From contig JAUWTJ010000007.1 of NCBI GenBank assembly GCA_030614785.1, positions 4,649 through 68,648 of the forward strand: 64,000 bases of DNA, in the 5' to 3' direction. This document shows, piece by piece, positions 1 to 9,500 of this stretch (the first letter of the stretch is position 1; each line of letters begins with the position of its first letter). The DNA comes from Alphaproteobacteria bacterium. Lineage in GTDB: Bacteria > Pseudomonadota > Alphaproteobacteria > M2410. A program made the position numbers and the translations under genes. The notes under the pieces were generated by a model, which saw nothing but the letters and a program-made list of their open reading frames with translations, searched no databases and was not told the DNA's origin.

Positions 1-1728
1 ACCAAGACCTATGCCATGGCATCGGCTGCCATTCTTTCCATCACGCTGGTTCCGGTTCTCATGGGCTATTTCATTCGCGGGCGCATTCGTCCGGAACATG
101 AAAACCCGATCAACCGGGCGGTGATCACGTCCTATCGGCCCCTCATCGGGTTTGCCTTGAAGAAGCCTGCTGCTGTGCTCGCGCTTGCGCTCCTGGTCAT
201 GTTGAGCGGGCTGTGGCCACTCTCACGCCTTGGCGGTGAATTCATGCCGGAACTTGACGAAGGCGATCTGCTCTATATGCCGAGCGCCTTTCCCGGGATC
301 TCGGTCGGAAAATCAGCCGAGCTTCTGCAACAGACCAACCGGCTGATCAAAACCATTCCGGAGGTGGAGACCGTCTACGGCAAGGCGGGCCGCGCCGAAA
401 CCGCGACCGACCCGGCGCCTCTGACGATGATCGAAACGACGATAAAAATGCAGCCCCTGGAGGAGTGGCGCCCCGGCGTCACCATGGACAGCCTCAAGGC
501 CGAGCTGGACGGGCTGATCCAGATCCCCAGCCTGACCAACGTCTGGATCATGCCGATCAAGAACCGCATTGATATGCTCGCCACCGGTATCAAGACACCG
601 GTGGGTATCAAGGTTGCCGGACCCGATCTTGATGTTATCGGGACCATCGGCGAGGACATTGAACGGGTTGTGAAAAAAGTGCCCGGCGCCTCATCGGTCT
701 ATGCGGAGCGGGTCACTGGCGGGCGGTTCATCGATGTTGATATCGACCGAAACGCCGCAGCGCGCTTTAATCTCAATATTGATGATGTGCAGAATATTAT
801 CCGCACCGCCATTGGCGGCATGCGTGTCACCGAAAGCGTCGAGGGTCTGGAGCGCTACCCGGTCAATCTTCGCTACCCGCGAGAATACCGCGATTCCCTT
901 GAACGCCTTAAGCTGCTTCCCATCGTGACACCGGGCGGCGCGCATATTCCGCTCGGGAAGATTACCAACATTTCGATCAGTGATGGCCCGCCCATGATCC
1001 GCGGTGAAAACGCACGGCCCAACGGGTGGATTTATGTCGATATCGCCGGGCGCGACCTCAGCCGGTTTGTTATCGATGCCAAGGCAGCCGTTGCCAATGA
1101 GATCAAGCTTCCGGTGGGTTATTCGATTTCATGGTCCGGTCAATATGAATATATGGAGCGCGCAAAGGAGCGGCTCAGCGTGGTGATCCCCGTTACGCTG
1201 GTTATCATCATCCTGTTGCTGTTTATACACTTCCGCAATCTGACATCGGTTCTGATTATCCTGGGCACGCTGCCACTTGGGCTGGTTGGCGGGCTGTGGC
1301 TGCTCTATCTGCTGGGCTACAATATTTCGGTTGCGGTCGGTGTCGGATTTATTGCGTTAGCCGGTGTCGCCGTCGAGATGGGCGTTTTGATGATCGTCTA
1401 CCTCAATCAGGCGCTTGAACGCAAGAAGGCCGAAATAGCCGCCGAGGGAGGAACCCTGAAAGTCGAGGATTTGCGCACAGCGGTTCTGGATGGAGCCTTG
1501 ATGCGGGTGCGCCCTATTGTGATGACGGTAGCGGTGATCATTGCCGGTCTCCTGCCGATCATGCTGGGATCAGGCACCGGATCAGAAGTCATGCGCCGGA
1601 TCGCGGCTCCCATGGTCGGCGGCATGGTCAGTGCGACCGCTCTGACACTGTTGGTCATCCCGGCAGTCTACCTCATCTGGCAACGCAGCAAACTCTCCAA
1701 AATTCCGGAGGGCGAGATCATACAATGA
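1..1728 (+). CDS. cusA: Heavy-metal efflux RND permease, CusA/CzcA family (5'-truncated by window edge)
   Basis: Motifs GGEFMPELDEGDLLYMP, GKAGRAETATDPAP, VGFIALAGVAVE, RVRPIVMT and GSEVMRRIAAPMVGG are typical of CusA/SilA. The frame is open to the window edge. Confidence 0.93.
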   Translation, partial: TKTYAMASAAILSITLVPVLMGYFIRGRIRPEHENPINRAVITSYRPLIGFALKKPAAVLALALLVMLSGLWPLSRLGGEFMPELDEGDLLYMPSAFPGISVGKSAELLQQTNRLIKTIPEVETVYGKAGRAETATDPAPLTMIETTIKMQPLEEWRPGVTMDSLKAELDGLIQIPSLTNVWIMPIKNRIDMLATGIKTPVGIKVAGPDLDVIGTIGEDIERVVKKVPGASSVYAERVTGGRFIDVDIDRNAAARFNLNIDDVQNIIRTAIGGMRVTESVEGLERYPVNLRYPREYRDSLERLKLLPIVTPGGAHIPLGKITNISISDGPPMIRGENARPNGWIYVDIAGRDLSRFVIDAKAAVANEIKLPVGYSISWSGQYEYMERAKERLSVVIPVTLVIIILLLFIHFRNLTSVLIILGTLPLGLVGGLWLLYLLGYNISVAVGVGFIALAGVAVEMGVLMIVYLNQALERKKAEIAAEGGTLKVEDLRTAVLDGALMRVRPIVMTVAVIIAGLLPIMLGSGTGSEVMRRIAAPMVGGMVSATALTLLVIPAVYLIWQRSKLSKIPEGEIIQ

Positions 1729-1819
1729 CGCAGAGATCGACATGCAATCGCGAGAGATGCTGGTCATGCGCCGCAGCGGTGCAGCATGGGAAATTACCTT
1801 GATCCATTGGGGCGAGTAG
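1721..1819 (+). pseudogene. Remnant 3' end of an NTF2/SnoaL-like (DUF4440-type) gene
   Basis: A frame overlapping the cusA stop reads YNDAEIDMQSREMLVMRRSGAAWEITLIHWGE*, resembling the ETMVLRR..GWRIVHIHWS C-terminus of NTF2-like proteins. No 5' part is present. Confidence 0.5.
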
Positions 1820-1836
1820 TGGGGGGCGAGTAGTGG
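1809..1836. repeat. 14-bp tandem duplication GGGGCGAGTAGTGG x2
   Basis: Two exact adjacent copies between convergent stop codons. Confidence 0.85.
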
Positions 1837-1837
1837 A

Positions 1838-2644
1838 TCAGTCTTCCTCGACGATGATAAGGTGGAGCCGCTGGGCGCCTTCGGGCGGGTTGAGGCGGCG
1901 GGTCTCAAAGTAACGCGCTTCGCCCGGCTCAATGTCGCCGCCGCGTGGCTTGAACTTCCATTGATCCAGATCACGACCAGCGATGGTGCGCACTGTGACC
2001 TGAACCACTGGCACGGCAATTGGCTTGTCGGTTTGATTGACCACCTCGCCAGAGACAATCAGAACCTGCCGACCCTCTTCCATTGCTTCAATATAGCCGG
2101 TATTCTGAAGATCGTAATCACTGGTTGCCTGCTCGACAGGAAGCAGCGCGTAAAGCGCTTCTGTCTGCGGTATCAGGGCAACGATTTGTGGCCGGAAGTA
2201 CCAGGTCCCGGCGGCGAGCACGCCCAAAACCGCTACAGTCCCCAACAGACCAACCAGGGCGGAAACCACCCTTGATCCGCGGCGACGTTCGGGCAGTTCA
2301 TAATCCGGTTCGGTGCTGAAGCGCGGCGTGGTCTCGCGGAACTCATCGACGACAGACCTTCCGGATGACCGATCATACTCATCATGTGTGCGCCCGATCT
2401 CTTCACTAAAGGGCTCGTCAAACTGATCAATCGACGAAAAGCCCCGATCATCAGGGGCGGGTGCAGGACCGAGATCGTCCTCGTACTCTTCGTAAAGAGT
2501 TTCATAGGCCTCGGGTGCACTCACATCCTGAAACCACGTATGTTGGCAGCGTGAGCAACGCACTGCGCGCCCCGGAGGCATAAACCCTTCGGAGCTGGCA
2601 ACATAACGCGTTGCACAATTCGGACATGTCAAAACCAACGACAC
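1838..2644 (-). CDS. zitP: MJ0042-type zinc-finger / DUF3426 bitopic membrane protein (ZitP-like)
   Basis: N-terminal CPNC..RCSRCQHTWF zinc ribbon, acidic linker, one TM helix and a periplasmic domain. Divergent from ftsE, as for Caulobacter zitP. Confidence 0.72.
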   Translation of the reverse strand: MSLVLTCPNCATRYVASSEGFMPPGRAVRCSRCQHTWFQDVSAPEAYETLYEEYEDDLGPAPAPDDRGFSSIDQFDEPFSEEIGRTHDEYDRSSGRSVVDEFRETTPRFSTEPDYELPERRRGSRVVSALVGLLGTVAVLGVLAAGTWYFRPQIVALIPQTEALYALLPVEQATSDYDLQNTGYIEAMEEGRQVLIVSGEVVNQTDKPIAVPVVQVTVRTIAGRDLDQWKFKPRGGDIEPGEARYFETRRLNPPEGAQRLHLIIVEED

Positions 2645-2942
2645 AGAACCTGACCACCTTTACACAGACACCACGGCCTGAGACCGCCTCGGGACCGCCC
2701 CGGGGCCGCCTCCAAATCACCATGAAGCATCTCTCCAGTCTGCCACAGATTACAGGCAAAACAAAATCGACGCGCATTAAAGGGCAATTATCCGCCGGAT
2801 TGGTTGTTTTTTCATTTATGACGCCTTTGTCCGAATCAGACCGGAAAAAGGGCAGATATCCTTGAGATTTGGCTGGCGACAAGGCGCGAAAGGCTCTATC
2901 AAATCAAGGAGATCCGGTTTTATTTCGATTCGAGGCCCTTTC

Positions 2943-3683
2943 GTGGACACCCCCGCTCCCAGCCCGCTTGTTCGCCTGACAAAGGTCGGTATGCGTTATG
3001 GCACCGGCGAACCGGTTCTTCGCGACATGACATTTTCTCTGGCGGCCGGAGATTTTCGCTTTTTGACCGGCCACTCCGGAGCCGGCAAGTCCTCGTTGCT
3101 GCGCCTGCTTTACCTCGCCCACCGGCCGTCGGAAGGCAGCATCGAGATGTTCGGACGGGACCTCACCGATGCGGCCCGCGAAGAGCTCCCCGATATGCGT
3201 CGGCGCATTGGCGTGGTGTTTCAGGATTACCGGCTACTCGATCACATGACCAGCTTCGAGAACGTTGCCTTGCCGCTCAGAATTCTTGGCAAGCGGCTGG
3301 AGGAATACCGCGATGATGTGGTGGAGCTGCTCACTTGGGTGGGGTTGGCCGACTGCATCAACAAGCGGCCAACATTCTTGTCAGGTGGTGAAAAACAGCG
3401 CGTTGCTATCGCCCGCGCCATCGTCGCCAAGCCGGATCTTCTGATTGCTGATGAGCCAACAGGCAATCTTGATGCGGACATTGGTATGCGGTTGATGCGT
3501 CTTTTCGTTGAGCTCAACAGACTGGGGACAACGATTGTCATCGCAACACACGATCGCTATCTCGTGGAAGCGGTCGGCGCTGACGAGCTTTACCTCGAGG
3601 CGGGGCGCCTCGTCGCCCCCGAACCAGCCTATGCGAGCGGGCGCTGGCAGCAGGCGGACGCGCAAAAGGGGGATGGAGCATGA
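2943..3683 (+). CDS. ftsE: Cell division ATP-binding protein FtsE
   Basis: GHSGAGKS Walker A, IGVVFQDYRLL, LSGGEKQR and ADEPTGNLD; followed by ftsX. GTG start chosen after GAGG. Confidence 0.93.
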   Translation: MDTPAPSPLVRLTKVGMRYGTGEPVLRDMTFSLAAGDFRFLTGHSGAGKSSLLRLLYLAHRPSEGSIEMFGRDLTDAAREELPDMRRRIGVVFQDYRLLDHMTSFENVALPLRILGKRLEEYRDDVVELLTWVGLADCINKRPTFLSGGEKQRVAIARAIVAKPDLLIADEPTGNLDADIGMRLMRLFVELNRLGTTIVIATHDRYLVEAVGADELYLEAGRLVAPEPAYASGRWQQADAQKGDGA

Positions 3684-4678
3684 CTGAAGAACCCCGCGAT
3701 TCAAGTTCAACAAACGCCCGCGGCTATGGCCCTCCGGATGAGCCCGCCGTCAGGAGTGAGATCATTGTTTCCACCGGCCCCATTCTGCCTGGCATCGGCG
3801 AGAATATCATGTCCGGCTGGTCGCTGGTGCGGATCATCGCTATCATGTGTTTCCTTGCCAGCCTCGCGCTGGGGGCCATGCTGGCCGTCAACGACGCAGC
3901 GGCCAAATGGTCCAATAATCGGTCCGGGGCCTTGACGATCCAGCTCAAGGCGAGCCCGAAGATGGATGAGGCGACCCAGATTGCAACAACGCGCGAGATC
4001 CTGGCGAAGACGGAAGCCGTCGCCTCGGTTCGGGTTCTCAGCAAGGCGGCCTCAGCCAAACTTCTGGAACCATGGCTCGGCAATCAGGGTGTCCTGAATG
4101 AACTCCCCCTTCCGGTTCTTGTCGAGGTCACTCTCGATGGCCGGCACGATAACAAGGGCAAAGGTGCGGACGATTTCAGCGCCCTGCGGCAAAAGCTTGA
4201 AACATCTGTACCGGGATCTGTGCTTGACGACCATCGCCGCTGGAACGATCAGCTCGACAGGGTGTCCAGCGCTCTGAGATGGCTGGCCTTTTGCATCCTG
4301 ACGTTAATCGTCGGGGCGACCTCGATGATTATAATTTTCGCGACGCGCTCGGGTCTGGCAGCAAATGAACATATCGTCGAGGTGCTTCATCTTGTCGGTG
4401 CCCGCGATGCCCTGATCGCCCGAGAATTTCAAAATCATTTCCTCTGGATTGCGGTTTGGGCCGGACTGATGGGAATTGGCGGCGCGGGGATCACCTTTGT
4501 GCTCCTGGGACAGGCCTCTCGCTCCAGTTGGGCCGGTGACATGTTTGCCTTTTTGCCGACGCTGGCCTTTGAACCCTCATTCTATGTCTTCCTCCTGCTC
4601 ATACCGCTCGGGACAGTTGCACTGACTGTCATTACGGCGCGAATAACCGTTATTCATACGCTCACAAAAGTTGTCTAG
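3680..4678 (+). CDS. ftsX: Cell division permease FtsX
   Basis: Four-TM topology, LLEPWLG..LPLP and IVEVLHLVGARD motifs; ATGA overlap with ftsE. Confidence 0.9.
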   Translation: MTEEPRDSSSTNARGYGPPDEPAVRSEIIVSTGPILPGIGENIMSGWSLVRIIAIMCFLASLALGAMLAVNDAAAKWSNNRSGALTIQLKASPKMDEATQIATTREILAKTEAVASVRVLSKAASAKLLEPWLGNQGVLNELPLPVLVEVTLDGRHDNKGKGADDFSALRQKLETSVPGSVLDDHRRWNDQLDRVSSALRWLAFCILTLIVGATSMIIIFATRSGLAANEHIVEVLHLVGARDALIAREFQNHFLWIAVWAGLMGIGGAGITFVLLGQASRSSWAGDMFAFLPTLAFEPSFYVFLLLIPLGTVALTVITARITVIHTLTKVV

Positions 4679-4867
4679 GGCGCTGATGAACTACAATAAT
4701 CTGGCCAATAGTCCGGCCAGACAGCTGCGTGAAATCCAGAGTGTCGGCGGCAACATATTGTCAACAAAATCCATGGCATAATGGCCTCAGGATCCGGTTT
4801 GTAGTAGAATGATACACAATCGTTATGTGAAGAGGCTCTGGATGCGACGAACACAAGGACATCTGTG

Positions 4868-5521
4868 ATGGACCGTCGGGATGGTCTGATTGCGATGGAC
4901 CGTAAAAGCGGTGTGGCCGGGTTTGTGCTCGGGCTTGTGTTGTCCGTCACCGTTGCCGGACTACTGGTCGGGCTCGGGGGGTTCCTGAGTTTTGTCGACC
5001 TTGTTTCCCGGACACCGAGCGCTGCCGTTGCAGCGGAGGGAGCCGAAGCGGCCGATGCCATTGTAGTTCTGACGGGAGGTCCTGCCAGACTTGAGACAGG
5101 CATGAAACTTCTCAATGATGATCAGGGCAAACGCTTGTTGATTTCAGGGGTCAATCCGATCATCGACCGTGAAGAAGTACGCAAGCTGATTGATCCAGCT
5201 TACCTTGCCGAGTTCGATTGCTGTGTCGATCTTGACAAGTCAGCTACCAATACCATCAGCAATGCGACAGAAACGGCGCGCTGGGCTGCCGATCATAACT
5301 ATCGCCGGGTCATCGTCGTAACCGCTGGCTATCACATGCCGCGCTCACTTGCAGAAATGAGGCGTGCGGCACCGGACATCGCCTGGATCCCCCAGGCCGT
5401 TCATCCAGCAGATACCCACCTTGGCGGCTGGTGGCGCCGGCCTGGCAGCGCCAGATTGTTGTTTTCGGAATATATGAAATATCTGGCCATGCAGATCCGA
5501 TTCCGGTTAGAAACCCTCTAG
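4868..5521 (+). CDS. YdcF/DUF218 family protein
   Basis: DAIVVLTGG, RLLISGV, NTISNA, VVTAGYHMPRS and EYMKY motifs; conserved position after ftsX. Confidence 0.88.
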   Translation: MDRRDGLIAMDRKSGVAGFVLGLVLSVTVAGLLVGLGGFLSFVDLVSRTPSAAVAAEGAEAADAIVVLTGGPARLETGMKLLNDDQGKRLLISGVNPIIDREEVRKLIDPAYLAEFDCCVDLDKSATNTISNATETARWAADHNYRRVIVVTAGYHMPRSLAEMRRAAPDIAWIPQAVHPADTHLGGWWRRPGSARLLFSEYMKYLAMQIRFRLETL

Positions 5522-5611
5522 TCCCGCCGTGCATTTTGTCACAAAACCGGTTACCACTTTTGTAAATGCGCTCTATTACTTCTTTCCGGAAGCTGCAGAA
5601 GGTTCTCATTC

Positions 5612-6358
5612 ATGCTGATCATGCGATCGGTTCTTTACAATATCTACCTCTATGTGCTGACGGTTTCCGTCGCCGTCGGGTGGCTCCCGCTGGTCATTCT
5701 GGGCACTCGCGAGACAACGCTTCTGGGCTTTCGCTTCTGGGGGCGGGCGAGCCTTTGGGGGCTCGAAAAAATTTGCGGGACGACGCTGGAACTGCGCGGC
5801 GAGGAGAACCTGCCTCGGGATCGGCCGGTTATCATTGCCTCCAAACACCACTCGATGTGGGATATTCTGGTATTTTACGCTCTCATTGAGAACCCGGCTT
5901 TCGTTTCCAAGCAGGAACTTGGCTGGATCCCCATTGCCGGGACCTTTTTAAAAAAGGGCGGCACCATCATCGTCAACCGGGGGGCGGCGGCAAAAGCCCT
6001 GAAAGCCATGGTCGAGGATGTTCGAGATGCGCTCGAGAACAAACGAACCATTATCATTTTCCCGGAAGGGACGAGGTCGGCACCCGGGGCCGCGCCCGAC
6101 TACAAACCAGGCATCGCAGCGCTTTATACCCGGCTTGATCATGCCTGTGTGCCGGTGGCGCTCAATTCGGGGCTGTATTGGCCGAGGCGCAAATTCCTCA
6201 GGAAGCCTGGAACAATTGTGCTGGAATTCCTGCCCGCCATTGAGCCCGGGCTCTCGCGCAAGGACTTCATGATCGCTCTTCAATCGAGTATTGAAACCGC
6301 ATCCAACCACCTTCTGGACGAGACCAAAACGGACAGAGCGAGCGACCTGGCCGGCTAG
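5612..6358 (+). CDS. plsC: 1-acyl-sn-glycerol-3-phosphate acyltransferase
   Basis: SKHHSMWD (HxxxxD) and FPEGTRS motifs. Confidence 0.88.
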   Translation: MLIMRSVLYNIYLYVLTVSVAVGWLPLVILGTRETTLLGFRFWGRASLWGLEKICGTTLELRGEENLPRDRPVIIASKHHSMWDILVFYALIENPAFVSKQELGWIPIAGTFLKKGGTIIVNRGAAAKALKAMVEDVRDALENKRTIIIFPEGTRSAPGAAPDYKPGIAALYTRLDHACVPVALNSGLYWPRRKFLRKPGTIVLEFLPAIEPGLSRKDFMIALQSSIETASNHLLDETKTDRASDLAG

Positions 6359-6383
6359 ACACCTGTGGGTATTACGACAACTC

Positions 6384-6404
6384 TTATCCACATTCTGTGG
6401 ATAA
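6384..6404. promoter_or_regulatory. Pair of perfect, inverted DnaA boxes
   Basis: TTATCCACA (6384-6392) and TGTGGATAA (6396-6404). Weaker matches at about 6364 (TGTGGGTAT) and 6448 (CGGGGATAA). Confidence 0.8.
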
Positions 6405-6463
6405 GTCTGAATATACCAGGAACATCATGGGGTTAAATTTACATATCCGGGGATAAGTCCCCG

Positions 6464-6478
6464 GAACATAAGGAGAAC
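6464..6478. promoter_or_regulatory. Alphaproteobacterial LexA (SOS) box
   Basis: GAAC-ATAAGGA-GAAC matches GAAC-N7-GAAC, 6 bp upstream of the -35 element. Confidence 0.75.
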
Positions 6479-6484
6479 TTTTAA

Positions 6485-6513
6485 TTGACCCTTCGACAGA
6501 CAGGATTTAGCAT
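6485..6513 (+). promoter_or_regulatory. Sigma-70-type promoter of nrdJ (probably a leaderless transcript)
   Basis: TTGACC-17bp-TAGCAT. The ATG at 6520 is 7 nt after the -10 element and no Shine-Dalgarno is visible. Confidence 0.65.
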
Positions 6514-6519
6514 TAGCAG

Positions 6520-9500
6520 ATGAAACAGAAAAAAACCTCGCCAAAAGCTGTTGGCAAAAAAAACCTGTCGTCGCAAATCTGGGACATGAAATATCGGCTG
6601 AAAGATGCTGATGGCCAGCCCGTCGACGCGACCATTGACGATACCTGGAGCCGGATCGCGGCGAGCCTTGCCCTGGCCGAGCCCGAAGAGACCCGCGCGG
6701 ACTGGCAGAAGACCTTCAACTCAGCGCTTGAGGACTACAAATTCCTGCCCGCCGGCCGGATCATGGCTGGCGCGGGGGCGGGGCGAAGCGTCACGCTGTT
6801 CAATTGTTTTGTCATGGGCACCATCGAAGATCACATGGGCGGGATCTTCGATAGCCTGAAGGAAGCCGCACTGACCATGCAGCAGGGCGGCGGCATCGGC
6901 TATGATTTCTCGACGCTGCGCCCCAAAGGTGCGCCGGTCAAGGGCGTCGGGGCAGATGCCTCGGGACCGCTTTCCTTCATGGATGTGTGGGACGCGATGT
7001 GCCGCACCATCATGTCCGCCGGCTCGCGCCGCGGCGCCATGATGGCCGTGATGCGCTGCGACCACCCGGACATCGAAGCCTTCATTGAAGCCAAGCGCGA
7101 TCCGGTGCGGCTGCGCATGTTTAATCTGTCGGTGCTGGCAACAGATGCTTTCATGGCTGCCGTCAAAGCGGATGGCGACTGGGATCTTGTGTTTGACGGC
7201 ACGACCTATCGCACCCTCAAGGCACGCGATCTATGGCACAAGATCATGCGCTCGACTTTTGATTATGCCGAACCCGGCGTGATCTTCATTGATCGGATCA
7301 ATCAGGAAAACAATCTGCATTATTGCGAAACCATTGCCGCCACAAATCCTTGCGTTTCCGGTGACAGCTGGGTCCTTACTGACAAAGGACCAAGACAAAT
7401 TGACGAAGTCATCGGCACGCCGGTGACGCTGGTTGTTGACGGAGAACCCCACCCTTCCGACGACCGTGGGTTCTTTCAAACCGGCATCAAGCCGTTGCTC
7501 CGGATATCGACCAAAGAAGGCTTTGCTCTCAAAGCGACGGACAATCACCTCATCCGAAGGGTCAAACACAAGACGCGCTTCTCGCTCGAGACCGAGTGGA
7601 TAGCGGCAGGAGAGCTTTGCCCCGGGGATGAAGTCCTTCTCAATGACCATCGCGGTGCAGCCGCCTGGCCAACCGCCCACTCCGGGCTTTCAGGCCAAAA
7701 CACTAAAAGCGAAGGCTATTTGATTGGTCTGCTGGTGGGCGACGGCACTTTGAAAGAAGAGGCCGCAATCCTTAGCGTTTGGCCCAACTCTGCAGCTTCG
7801 AACGGGGAGGCAAGTGCTTCGGCCAGCAATGGTATTATGAAGATGGCGGAAGCCGCAGCCCGGGAATTGCCGCATCGCAGCGACTTTGCCGGATGGATGG
7901 AAGTTTCCGGTCGTGGTGAGTACCGCCTGAAACTGGCTGCTATCCGAGACCTTGCTCTTGAACTGGGGATGTCGGTCGGTAACAAGACAATTACCCCCGA
8001 GATTGAAAAATCCTCAAGCGAATTTTATGCGGGCTTTCTTCGCGGCCTCTTTGACGCCGATGGCAGTGTGCAGGGTAGCCAGACGAAAGGCGTCAGCATC
8101 CGATTGGCGCAAAGCGATCTTGCCTTGCTTGAAGCGGCTCAACGCATGCTGGCGCGGATGGGAATCGTCTCAAGGATTTATCAAAACCGCCGAGACGAAG
8201 GAACGTCCTCCCTGCCAGATGGCAAGGGCGGAAACAAACTCTACACCGTGAAGGCACAACATGAGCTCATTATCTCTGGGGAAAACCTCGAAGAATACAG
8301 AGGCAGAGTTGGATTTTCAGATATCGACAAAGCAACACGGCTGACCAATCTCCTGTCAGGCTACAAGCGCTCCCTGAACAAAGAACGGCACATTGTTCGC
8401 GTTGAGACCGTTGAGCCTTGCGGCGAGGAACCCGTCTTTGATGTGAGTGTTCCTGGCATCAATGCCTTTGATGCCAATGGGCTATATGTTCACAATTGCG
8501 GAGAGCAACCACTTCCTCCGTATGGGTCGTGTTTGCTGGGATCGATCAATCTGGCGCGGCTGGTGCGCGAGCCGTTCTCGCCTGATGCGCAAATTGATGA
8601 AGAAAAACTGGCCGAGCTGGTCACGACAGCTGTTCGCATGATGGACAATGTTGTCGACGTGTCGCGCTTTCCGCTTGAAGCCCAGGCCCATGAAGCCAGG
8701 GCGAAGCGCCGGATCGGGCTTGGCGTAACGGGTCTTGCCGATGCGCTCATCATGTGCCGCACCCGTTATGGCAGTGAGGCCTCGGTTATCCTGATAGACA
8801 AGTGGCTGGGCACGCTTGAGCGGGCCGCCTATCTTGCTTCGGCGGAGCTTGCCAAAGAAAAAGGCGCTTTTCCGCTGTATGACGCCAAAAAATATCTTGA
8901 GGGCGCCCATATCAAACGTCTGGGCAAGGATGTGCGCGACGCCATCGCAAAGCACGGCGTGCGCAATGCACTGATCACATCCATTGCACCGACCGGCACG
9001 ATCTCGCTCTTTGCCGGCAATGTCTCAAGCGGCATTGAACCGGTGTTCTCCTATACCTATGACCGCAAGGTGCTGCTTGAAGACGGCAGCCACATGACCG
9101 AGACCGTCTCGGACTATGCCCACGACCTTTATGTGTCGGGTGGCGGCGATCCAAAGGACCTGCCGGATTATTTCGTCAGCACCCAGACCCTGACCCCGGA
9201 AGATCATGTGCGGGTGCAGGCGGCAGCGCAGGTCCATATCGACAGTTCGATTTCCAAGACCATCAATTGCCCCGAGGATATTTCCTTTGAGGCCTTCGAG
9301 ACGATCTACCTGAAGGCCTGGGAAAGTGGCTGCAAGGGCTGCACGACCTATCGGCCCAATGCGATCACCGGATCTATCCTTTCAGTTGTCGAGGATAAAC
9401 CGGCCCAAGAATCGAAGGAAGAGTCAGAAGAAGACGCCGAGCGCGTTGTCTATATGACGCAGCCTCTGGGCCGACCGGAAAGTCTCGGCGGGGCGACCTA

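Noticed and set aside
6360-6520. Replication origin suggested by DnaA boxes
   Set aside because: Only two perfect boxes, no extended AT-rich unwinding element, and no dnaA, hemE or parAB context. DnaA control of nrd promoters explains the boxes.
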